In this document: piece by piece, positions 1-10,762 of the stretch
How the letters are laid out: each line of letters opens with the position of its first letter
Position numbering within the stretch: position 1 is the stretch's first letter
Source of the DNA: Octopus sinensis
Taxonomy: Eukaryota
DNA: 52,812 bases
NCBI RefSeq assembly: GCF_006345805.1
Contig: NW_021833905.1
Location: 1-52,812 of the forward strand
Direction: 5' to 3'
Made by a program: the position numbers and the translations under genes
The notes under the pieces: model-generated
What the model saw: only the letters and a program-made list of their open reading frames with translations
What the model was told of the DNA's origin: nothing
Database searches by the model: none

Positions 1-54
1 TTCAGCTGTCACAGAATTTGAACTCAAATCGCGCATATTATGTAATATAATATT

Positions 55-269
55 GTTTTAAACTTTGGCACAGGGCCAGAAATTTCGGGGTTAGGGGATA
101 AGTCAATGCTAGCAACCCCAGTAATCAGCTGGCGCTTATTTTATTGAATACGAAGGGATAGAATGCAAAATCGAACTCGGCGGAATTTGAACTCGGACCA
201 TAAGGACGGACGAAATTCCATTAACCATTTTACCCAACGCGCTAACAATTCTGTCAACTCACTGCCTCC
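55..269 (-). mobile_element. tRNA-derived SINE, family B (Meta-core-like), diverged copy
   Basis: Reverse complement starts GGAGGCAGTGAGTTGACAGAATTGTTAGC (A-box-like) and has GAGTTCAAATTCC (B-box-like); homologous to copies at 9156, 11820, 28275, 29265, 35085. Confidence 0.8.
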
Positions 270-339
270 TATTTAAGAAACACACACACATATACGTGCA
301 CACACACGGATATACATGTATTTGCATACATACCTATAT

Positions 340-356
340 CATACATACATATATAC

Positions 357-434
<78 letters not shown>
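340..434. repeat. (TA)n/(TACA)n microsatellite
   Basis: Direct inspection. Confidence 0.95.
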
Positions 435-437
<3 letters not shown>

Positions 438-834
438 TGAATAGAAAGATGAATAATCTTGTTGTCAGATTAATCAAAAGTTTAACCGATACCTTGGTAG
501 CAAAAATCACAGCAGAAGACAGCACGGCTAGAGGTACAACCATATGGTGTTGCAACCGTGCGTTGGTGCGGATAATTGAATTTTAATATTATTAGTGAAT
601 TGAAGAAATGGAGTTGAACGAAGATTGAACAGAAATCGTTTTATTTCATTCTACACGTGTTTCGAAAGGCACAATTTACCAAATTCCGATTGAATAATGA
701 GACCATATTGTGTCTTTCTCAAGTGCAAACAAGGGAGTCAGAGAAAGGCAGAATGCTACTTATATCTGAACACTACTATAGAAATATTCTTTTAAAAAAC
801 TCTTCTAATTTTTCTAAGTTTAATTATTTAATCG

Positions 835-878
835 TTACAGTTGAAAAGGTCTCAAAATGACCGAAACTGGTACTGAAG
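835..878 (+). ncRNA. Degenerate minimal type I hammerhead ribozyme motif (probable Penelope-like/retrozyme relic)
   Basis: TTACAG-TTGAAAA-GGTC(TCAAAAT)GACC-GAAAC-TG-GTA-CTGAAG: stem I, core with two substitutions versus CUGANGA, perfect 4-bp stem II, GAAAC, 2-bp stem III, GUA triplet. Confidence 0.55.
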
Positions 879-962
879 GACTCACTATAAAATTATCTTA
901 GCATTTTCTATTTTTGACTTGTTTTTTCATATATATCAACTCGTGTGTTCCTTTCCACCCTT

Positions 963-1000
<38 letters not shown>

Positions 1001-1003
<3 letters not shown>

Positions 1004-1158
1004 CAACGGACTTTTTCCGTTTTCGTTTACCAAATTCACATACAATGCTTTGGCCATCCCAAGTCTAAATTACAATACACCCACCGAAGGTGCAGCGCTG
1101 TGAGTCAGAACGTGGAATCACGTCGCATGTGGTAGGGAAGCAAGTTCCTTGCCACAGA
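1001..1158 (-). mobile_element. SINE family A, old 5' half
   Basis: Degenerate match to the family A head and core (…TTTCCGTTTTCGTTTACCAAATTCAC… versus TTTCAGTTTCCGTCTACCAAATCCAC). Confidence 0.6.
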
Positions 1159-2629
1159 GGAACGCTAGAATCTACGTGTAAATTGTTTTTTGTCACGTCA
1201 TAATGTCAGAATTCAGTAATTATTTTACACATTTAAGCAGTAAGCTCGTTGTATAAAAGGGATTAGCACAGCTTAATCCATCATTGATGACCCTGCGGAT
1301 GGAGTTAACAATGGAATTCGTGTGTGTTAGCACGAAGGGCTAACTCACATAGCTGTGTCTTCTTCAAGCCGTAGTCTTTCATTTTTAAACCCTGCTTTAC
1401 CCAGGGAACAAATACCCGAAATAACCCTAAAAGATATGATACAGTAAGTGATGGCATAACTTGGATTCTAGGTCTAAAAAATCATAGTTAATCTGTGAAA
1501 AAACTCCAAAATTCGTAATCTCTGGTATAGCTATATAAATCCTTATGTGACTTTTCGCTGTTGATTATAAATCCATAATAATCAACCGTAATTGAACAAA
1601 CCTATAAGGAAATATATTCCTTCCGTGCCAATCACTCTTTATGTCTAGGACTGCATAATCTAGTGAGTCCTTCCCGCTTTTTTAATGTACAGTAAGTTTT
1701 GACACAAGTTGATTCAACTCATCTTTTATAACATCTCCGGGGCTCTAATACAGATGTCTTTGATGCGCAAGTCTGATATTTCTGCCTATTATGCGCTTTA
1801 GATTAATTAATTACTGAGTAGAAATGATGCAACGATACTGCATATATGTTATGATCGATTTGCACCTAAATATACACAAAGTACTGAAGACAATTATTTC
1901 TGAATCAATATCAAGCTGTACCCAGCACTCATGTCATAAACTGCTTTTCCATTATTGCAAACATCACTAAAATAACTGACAGACAGCCAAAAAAACACAC
2001 GCGGTGGCACATGATTTACGGTACATCATCCTTTGTCTGTTCGGAATGTTGAATGCTAATGAAACTTGCATTTTGCTGGGGTTTTGTTTTTATGTTGATG
2101 AAAAAGAAATTCATCTGGGTTCTTTCGAGTGCACTTACCTAATACTTTTTAGAATTTCCCTAATCAATCCAGTTCATGTCCTTTCCTCTCCTGAAACTAT
2201 CTCATGTAAAAGAATCGAAATATATATTCTTATAATTTCGATAATTCTCCTGATCCATTCTTTTATTGCTCATATATCCGTGATTCTTTCTTTTCTTTAT
2301 TAAAAGAGATGTAGTTTTTTCCTTTCCAGACAAGAATATTGATTCTAATACCAGGATCACTAATTGGTGCGTTTCTTTCAGCATTGTTAGGTCTTTGAGT
2401 ATAAAAATGAAATCTACATTATCCTTGCTAAAATTACTTTAGTTTTAACGCCTTGATTAAGTTACATTTAAATTCCAACAAAAATAAATGTGATGTTCAC
2501 GTATAATATATGGTGAAAGATTTTACTTTGTCATCTATATATAGGTTAGTAATGAATTTTTGTATGAAACCTTTTAAAATGTATAGCGGAAATTTCCAAC
2601 TCATAAGCTTTTCACTACGTTGATATTGC

Positions 2630-3373
2630 ATGCTTCACACGGTTTCAAAGTGGTCAAATAGTTGGTGCTTGTATGGCCGATACTAGCGTAACGAAAGGAG
2701 CCTGAAAGTTTGGTGTATCAAGAAGTACTGTCTTGAAAGCAATGACAGTCTTCGAGAAAGAGGGAAAAACCTTCTCGTCGAATCAAAAAGTATACGTGTG
2801 AAGACAGTCAACAGAAGCATTTGACCCAGACTGCCTTCTTCAACTGTTAAACATGGAGGAGGATCTGTGATGAACTGGGGGCTATATCTGCCGGCCCAAT
2901 GGTTTCCTTCCATGGCAGAATTAATAGTCAAGTCTATTTAAGCATTTTTATCTGATCAAATTCATTCTATGGTTGCGGAACTCTTCCTGAAAGGAAACGC
3001 AATCTTTCAGGATGATAATGCACCAATTGACACAGTTAAAATTTTTACTGAATGCCACGAGGAACATTCTAATGAAGTTGAACATTTTATCTGGTCAACA
3101 CCGTCCCCAGATCTCAATATTATTGAACATTTATGGTGCAAGTTAGAAAAACAAGTAAGGAGTCGATATCCCCTACCCTCATCACTACAACAACTGGAGA
3201 CTATTTTAGATGAAGAATGGACAAAAACTCCTTTGTAAACAATTCAAACTTTGTACGAGTCCATACCTGGAAGAATTCAAGCTGTAATTACTGCTAAAGG
3301 CCGTCCTACTCTATATTAAAATTAATTTGTTTCAAATTTTAAGGTGCTTCACTTATTTTCTCCAACTCTTGTA
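2630..3373 (+). mobile_element. Tc1-like DNA transposon relic with DD36E-spaced transposase; internally deleted, with stops and frameshifts
   Basis: N-terminal FQSGQIVGA…GVSRSTV, then VKHGGGSVM, FQDDNAP, SPDLNIIEHLW and C-terminal IPGRIQAVITAKGRPTLY* (stop 3317-3319). Right TIR-like end followed by TA at 3372-3373. Left TIR and first catalytic D region not found. Confidence 0.92.
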
Positions 3374-3399
3374 TATCTGTATACAGCTATATATGCGTC

Positions 3400-3413
3400 G
3401 GTGTGTGTGTGTA

Positions 3414-3503
<90 letters not shown>

Positions 3504-3571
3504 CTCTTTTTGTCTTTCTCTCTCTCTCTCTATTTATATATATGTATCTATATATATATATATATATATAT

Positions 3572-3619
<48 letters not shown>

Positions 3620-3957
3620 ATAGATATAGATATATGAATATTAACTATATATATATACGTTTAAATGACCAGTCCGAAATATACAATATATATATATATA
3701 TATATATACATACATACATAGAGTATATATATATAGTATATATATATATAGATATATATATATATATAATATATATATAATAATATATATATATATATAT
3801 AATATATATACATACATTTATATATAATATTATATATATATATATATTATATATTAAATATATATACATACATATATATAACATATATATATACTATATA
3901 TAATATATATTATAACATATACATATATTAATATATATATATATATATATATAAACA

Positions 3958-4009
<52 letters not shown>

Positions 4010-4032
4010 CCTATATATATATATATATATAT

Positions 4033-4091
<59 letters not shown>

Positions 4092-4095
4092 TTTA
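3400..4095. repeat. Compound microsatellite (TG)n-(TCTA)n-(TC)n-(TA)n-(TAGA)n-(TA)n
   Basis: Direct inspection. Confidence 0.95.
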
Positions 4096-4100
4096 TATAT

Positions 4101-4695
4101 TCCTGGAAATGTTGCACATTTGCAACGGGAGTTGGACGCAACATGTGGGCAGAGGACAACAACATGCAGTTTAATGCAGGAAAATTCCATTCCTTACGCT
4201 GCCAACACACAAAGCTAAACGACATGCAAACAGGATACACTGACCCAGGAGGAACGAAGGCGGGAGAGATATGCAGTGATATACATCTGGAAAATCCTAG
4301 AAGACCTTGGACCAAATTTTGGCATTGAAAGCTACTCAAACTGCAGAACGGAGCGCCTCTGTACAGTACCAAAGATCCCAGCATCGCCATCAACATACAA
4401 GCAGATACTGAAACAGCTTGGGCTTCAAGGGCCCAGGGTTTTCAATATCCTTCCAAAATGCATAAGAGACCTGCATGGTGTAGATGTAAGTGTCTTTAAA
4501 ACAACCATGGATATCTTCCTGTTACGGGTTCCAGAAGAGGCTACCTCACGGCAAGAAACACAGATGAGGGCAGCAGCATCAAACTCGCTCATGGACCAAA
4601 TGTCACATATCAGAGGGGGTTCCAAATAATGGTGTAGATCAGTCAACGGTGGTGCTCCTGCATGACCGAAACTTTGCAGTTGAAACATTTTAAAA
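4101..4695 (+). mobile_element. CR1/L2-group LINE 3' fragment (ORF2 C-terminus and 3' UTR), internally deleted
   Basis: WAEDNNMQFNAGKF, then RERYAVIYIWKILE…[15 protein letters not shown]…FKTTMDIFL, typical of CR1/L2-group RT C-termini. Confidence 0.85.
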
Positions 4696-4714
4696 CAGAA
4701 ACACAATAAAAGAA

Positions 4715-4755
4715 TATACATATATATATATATAGATAGATAGATACGCGTGTGC

Positions 4756-4803
<48 letters not shown>

Positions 4804-4815
4804 GTAATATATATA

Positions 4816-4870
<55 letters not shown>

Positions 4871-4884
4871 GTAAATATATATTA

Positions 4885-4934
<50 letters not shown>

Positions 4935-4997
4935 CAAGGCTGAATCATATAGAAGAATGCAAATATAAATATATATATATGAACTTATAATAACTAC

Positions 4998-5033
<36 letters not shown>

Positions 5034-5045
5034 GTATGTATATTT
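4715..5045. repeat. (TA)n/(TATG)n microsatellite block
   Basis: Direct inspection. Confidence 0.95.
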
Positions 5046-6779
5046 TCACACACGCATATACCTGCATGTGTGTGCGTGCGTGCGCCTGCGCGACTTATAG
5101 ATATACATATAGTAATGTGTGTACATGTGTTTCTGGATATATACAATAGCACGTTACACGTGTTGTCTGTCGTCGTTCTAATACACACATTTACACACGC
5201 GCGCACACAAATACATTCACTCTCTCTCTCAATCTCTAACTTTGTCTCTTTGTCCGTCTCTCTCTCTCTCTCTCTCTTCCATTTATATTGTGTATTCACC
5301 ATTTTTATTATTCTCTCTTGTGTTCGACGTCTTCCCCTTTTGTACATATTATCTTCATATCGCTGTTTATGATACTCAATATCTGAATGCGTCCAGGCGT
5401 GCAGAACATTTTTCAAATATATCACAAACACAAATTACTTGAATATGTCTGTGTCATCGTAAATAACTTACTGTGTGTTTCTAATCATAGATGAAACTTT
5501 TGAGCTTCATAGAAATCATAGGGGCACATAATCTTATGTGTAATTTTTAGCCAAAACACAGCTATAAGTCATCTACTAATTCATATATATATATATATAT
5601 GTGTGTGTGTATGTATGTACATATATGTCCCCAACATAATATTCTTTCTTCTTTTTCTCCCCCATTGCCATTTCTAGCTACATTAAGAGAAAACAAATAG
5701 GCCTTTCATAATACCACTTCATCTTATGTTTCTGTAGAATAACTTGTATGAGGAAAACTTGCCAAATAATATTACGAGCGTATAGTAATGTCGGAATGCA
5801 TAAAGTATGAGAGATATTCAGATGAACATATGTAGAGGGGTAGGCGTTGGTGAGTGAGGTTGGCTGTAGATGGCCCATAATAGATAAGATATGTAAAGAA
5901 GTATGCTATAGAATGATATATCGAGAGAAATATGAGAAAACGTCGCGCAAAACACTTAAAGAGATTCAAATGGGCGGATGAATTTCAAGGCGAACAGGGG
6001 TTATAAAGAATCGCAGTCAATATTAAAGCTACTAAATATTTCCAATTGACATGAAAGTTCGCGAGTCATTTATTGCTATAATATACAATGATTAGTTGCG
6101 CTCTGTAGGTTAGCCATTTTATGATGATTTTTTGCTTGACTAAGAATTTATTGCAAAGCTAGGAAAATCTTTATTAAATATAATCTAGCAGTTTTCCGTT
6201 TAAACTGCCATTTCTTGATTGTGTAGTGTGTGAATAAAATTATTCTCGTTGACAAAGTTTTGGCAAAGACGAGTAGAAAAGTGATTTTGTTTCGGAGAAA
6301 GGTAGCAGAAAGCTGATTTGCTTAAAGTACAACGGACGTGTGATCAGACTCGCGTTTACAAAGACACGAAACAGATTTAGTATAATAAAATCAAACACGA
6401 ATGAAAAAGAAGAAATATGTAAATATCGACCATTATCTACTTTCGCCGTTCATTCATTTCCCCATACTCTACTTGATAGACTTGTAAGGCTAAATTGTAC
6501 ATTTATGCTTTTTGAAATTAGTCATGTTTTCGCTTTGGAGTGCGGATATATCTATTCAACAGTAAAAGTCTTTGTCGTTCGGCGTCCCATTACGTAATAT
6601 TATTGTAAACGATGCTGTGCCACTGTTTCGTATTTTGCATAATTTTAACATAAACTTTCCATTTAACAATAGATAACGGACTTTCAAATCGTCTGAAGTC
6701 AAATTCTTGCATATATATATGTCCGCATACATACATAAATACATAAATTCATACGTACGTGCTTCCATAGCTATAGTTT

Positions 6780-6852
6780 TACATACATACATACATAAAC
6801 ATATATATATGTATGTATATGAATATATATGTATATGCATGTATAAGTATAA

Positions 6853-6883
<31 letters not shown>

Positions 6884-6892
6884 ATCTCTATC

Positions 6893-6980
<88 letters not shown>

Positions 6981-7065
6981 CGTATGTACCTACCTACATA
7001 CATACATACATATATATATATATATGTATGTATGTATGTATGTATATGTATATGTATGTATATAA
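6780..7065. repeat. Compound (TACA)n-(TCTA)n-(TA)n-(TATG)n microsatellite
   Basis: Direct inspection. Confidence 0.95.
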
Positions 7066-7614
7066 ACGCACGTATTCGGTTTCTTTCAAGATGTGGAACT
7101 CTGTCCGTTGGTCTATTGTATTGATGTTAAACTATAGAACTATAGAAGTATGTAGTAGCTATATCTATGTTCTCTATAATTCTTCGCGTATTATTACGTA
7201 TTATTGAATTGATCTACATCAAATTATTTCTGCTCCCTCAAGCAATATGAGCGCGAAACACGCTCACACATAAATACACTCCGCTGAGTCTCACGGGTAC
7301 GCACACACACACACACACAAACAAGCACTCACTCACACAGACACAGATGTTTGCGCACACACATTCATACATCACAGAAATACACACACTCACTCACGTA
7401 CACAGAGAAGCATACACGTGGCAAACAGATTATACACATTACACAGCTTTTACAATATTACGAGTGTATATGTGTGGTGCGAGTGTGCGTGAGTGCATGG
7501 GTGTGTTTGTGAGTGTGTATGTGTATGCGCCTGTGTCTGTTTGTATAGATGTATATATTTACTTGCTTATACCGTATGTATATATGTATTCATATATATA
7601 CATGTGTGTGTGTA

Positions 7615-7997
7615 GGCGCAGAAGTGGCTGTGTGGTAAGTAGCTTGCTTACCAACCACATGGTTCCGGGTTCAGTGTCTTCTACTATGGCCTCAGGCTGA
7701 CAAAAGTCTTGTGGGTGGATTTGGTAGACGGAAACTGAAAGAAGCCCGTCGTATATATGTATATACATGTATATATGTGTGTTTGTGCTTGTGTGTCTGT
7801 GTTTGTCCCCCCCCCCCCGGAGATCGCTTGACAACCGATGCTGGTATGTTTACGTCCCCGTAAATTAGCGGTTCGGCAAAAGAGACCGATAGAATAAGTA
7901 CCAGGCTTACAAAGAATAAGTCTTGGGGTCGATTTGCTCGACTAAAGGCGGTGCTCCAGCATGGCCACAGTCACATGACTGAAACGAGTAAAAGAGT
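7615..7997 (+). mobile_element. SINE family A, near full length, small deletion after the B-box
   Basis: A-box TGGCTGTGTGG, B-box start GGTTCAGT, internal TA/TG repeat, tail GGCGGTGCTCCAGCATGGCC…GAAACGAGTAAAAGAG. Confidence 0.92.
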
Positions 7998-8556
7998 TGC
8001 AAAGTTGGGGATGCGATATATTCTTGTTGGTCTGTCTATATTTTCTTGAATGCATTTACTTCGGTAATATCCTGACGATCGCAGCTATGATGGATTCTGA
8101 AAACGTTGATTCTGTATTTTCAAGAATTTGTTTCCATTGCGTATTTCGGCTTGGCTTTCTGAATTACATCTTGCATTCTTCACTAAGGTGAAATGCATCA
8201 TAATGGTATCTGACGAACAAAGCTAAGATAATAGGATCTTGGATCTATGAAAGGTAACTTGAGTATCTAGAAGCATGGAACAAAGAATAAGGCTTGAAAA
8301 AGAGTTATTGCCTAATCCAACTTCAACTGTACACTACGAAACTTATGATCAATGCCGTTACAGACAAGCTTAATCTGTTTATTTATACAGCTATAATACT
8401 AATTTTACCAGGCAAATGCATAGGAATCTGTTATATACAATTACATAGAAATCTATTTTATCAGAAGCCATTTACATCCTCATAAAATCGATATTTTTAC
8501 ACTTAAATACGTAGACTACATAACTGAGGCCAGTTTATCATTTCTTGCTCAAACAT

Positions 8557-8677
8557 TTGTTACCTAACTACATGGTTGCGCGTTCGGATTCATTGCGTAG
8601 TCTTCTGCTCTGGCCTCGTGCCAACCAAAGCCTTTTGAGTGGACTTGCTAAACGGATAGTGAAAAGAAGGGCTGTCG

Positions 8678-8720
<43 letters not shown>

Positions 8721-9050
8721 TACATACATATATGTATGTATATATACACATACATATATATAAATATATAAATAAATAAATATATATATATAAAGAGAGA
8801 GTAAAAGAGAGAGAGAGAGAGTATACACACATGCATATGTGTGTGTGTGTTTGCATCTGTGCTTCTCCTGCCATCACCACTTGAGAACCGGTGTTGATGT
8901 GTTTACGTCCCCGTAATTTAGAGGTTCGGCAAAAGTGATAGTTTGAATAAGTGCCAGACTTTAATAAAGAAAACAAATTTTGGTTTCTTCAAGACGGTGC
9001 CCCAGCATGGCCGACGAAGTTCAATGACTGGAACAAGTAAAAGATAAAAG
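8557..9050 (+). mobile_element. SINE family A with expanded internal microsatellite
   Basis: Both halves match family A and flank about 170 bp of TA/GA/TG repeat. Confidence 0.85.
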
Positions 9051-9155
9051 ACATTAATAAAAGAAGTTGCATCGTGGGGCTGAGTTTTGTTGGTTTACTG
9101 GAATGTTTAGACTGCAAATGAATTCAAATATACGTTGGTGTTATAGAAAACATAT

Positions 9156-9370
9156 GAAGGCGGTGAGCTGGCAGAAGTGTTAGCACGCCGGACGAAATGA
9201 TTAGCAGCTTTTCATCCGTCTTTACTTTTTCAGTTCAAATGGCGCCGGGGTCAACTTTGCCATTCATTCTTTCAGGGTCGATAAAATGCGTACCAGTTGA
9301 GCACCTGGATTTGATGTTATCGACTTTCCACAAAATTGCTGGTCTTCATCCTAAAATTTGAAGTCATTAT
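9156..9370 (+). mobile_element. SINE family B
   Basis: GGCGGTGAGCTGGCAGAAGTGTTAGC head; core TTTGCCATTCATTCTTTCAGGGTCGATAAAATGCGTACCAG. Confidence 0.88.
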
Positions 9371-9689
9371 ATAAAATATATCAGGTTTGATAAATTTAGA
9401 AATCTAATTATCCAACTATTTAAATAATTAACAAGGTATACTTCAATAATTATTAAAGCCTATTAATTGAATTCTTAAAAAGGATGTTTGCATTCATATA
9501 TATTACAAATTATATGCTAAATGATGTCTTAATATTTCTCTTTAAACGATTTAAAGGTTAAGTATTCAAAATTTTAAATTTTAGTTAATTATATGAATAT
9601 GAGAATTTATTTTTCTTCCACTATCAATTACTTCGATGACACCTGAAGAGTGAAAGTTTAGGCCCAATCCGATTAGATACGTAGCGAAA

Positions 9690-9830
9690 TACAGTGATAG
9701 CTCGCAGTACGAGATTAATTCGTCCCATGACCGAGCTCGTCTTACTAATTATTCGTTTTACAAATCCATTTTTCCCACTGAAATGAACTAAAATATAATT
9801 AATGCGTTCCAGCACCCACTAAACCACTTA
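9690..9830 (+). mobile_element. Possible Tigger/pogo-like element end
   Basis: TA-CAGTGATAGCTCGCAGTACGAGATTAATTCGTCCC resembles Tigger-type termini; partner TIR not found. Confidence 0.4.
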
Positions 9831-9964
9831 AAAATAATTTTTATGAGTTTTAAAACAGAAAAGTTGTAGTTACAAGTTAAATTAGAAAATTACTAGTTAT
9901 AAATCTCACAACGTGAGATATTTAGTAACAGTACTTTGTGGTAAAGATTCTTTGCCAACATAAC

Positions 9965-10266
9965 ATGGCAGTCCTGGTTTAGGACGAATGTTGCTGTAAT
10001 TTAGCCCCAGGAGACACCGTCTCCAGCTGGCTATACGATACGATCTGTGTCCTTACATTTTCGAACAAGGGAATCTAGCACCCCCACTCAGCTGATGAAG
10101 AGAAATAACCCAGGAATTGTGATACACAGATATTGTTTTGAGCTGGATGGGGTTGCTAGATTCCCTTGTTCGAAAATATAAGGATACAGATCGTGTTGTA
10201 TAACCAGCTGGAGACGATGTCTCCTGGGGCTAAATTACAACATTAGTCGTAAACCTTGACTACCAT
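9965..10266. mobile_element. Foldback/MITE-like element with about 128-bp inverted arms and a 47-nt spacer
   Basis: 9965-10093 is the imperfect reverse complement of 10141-10266 (e.g. CGAACAAGGGAATCTAGC / GCTAGATTCCCTTGTTCG). A partial arm recurs at 15888-15945. Confidence 0.85.
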
Positions 10267-10432
10267 ATATACGACGGACTTCTTTCAGTTTCCGTCTACT
10301 AAATTCACTCACAAGGCTTTGGTCGGCCCGATGCCATAGTAGAGGACACTTGCCCAAGGTGCCAAGCAGTGGGAATGAATTTGGAACCATGTGGTTGGTA
10401 AGCAAGGTACTTACCACACAACCAATATAGGT
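10267..10432 (-). mobile_element. SINE family A, 5' half
   Basis: Matches head and core including the reverse complement of CCTTGGGCAAGTG. Confidence 0.85.
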
Positions 10433-10673
10433 TAAATACATTATAGAAATACATAACACACATATAAATTCCTGTGTATACATGCAAATACGTTTCAATA
10501 TTTGTATTTTGCATATCTTCATCTCTGCACACACACACACACACACACAGAGGCGCAAAAATAGATATATACATTTGAACAAAACAGAAAATGAAATGTA
10601 TAGATCGTAATACATGTTTATATACATGTTTACATACATGTGATGTATATATATATATATGCATTTATGTATG

Positions 10674-10762
<89 letters not shown>

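Noticed and set aside
2133-2200. Minus-strand AG/GTAAGT donor with a nearby acceptor
   Set aside because: All three frames of the implied exon contain stops and there is no other support.
9643-9660. CTGAAGA-GT-GAAA hammerhead-like core
   Set aside because: No stem II, stem III or stem I can be formed.
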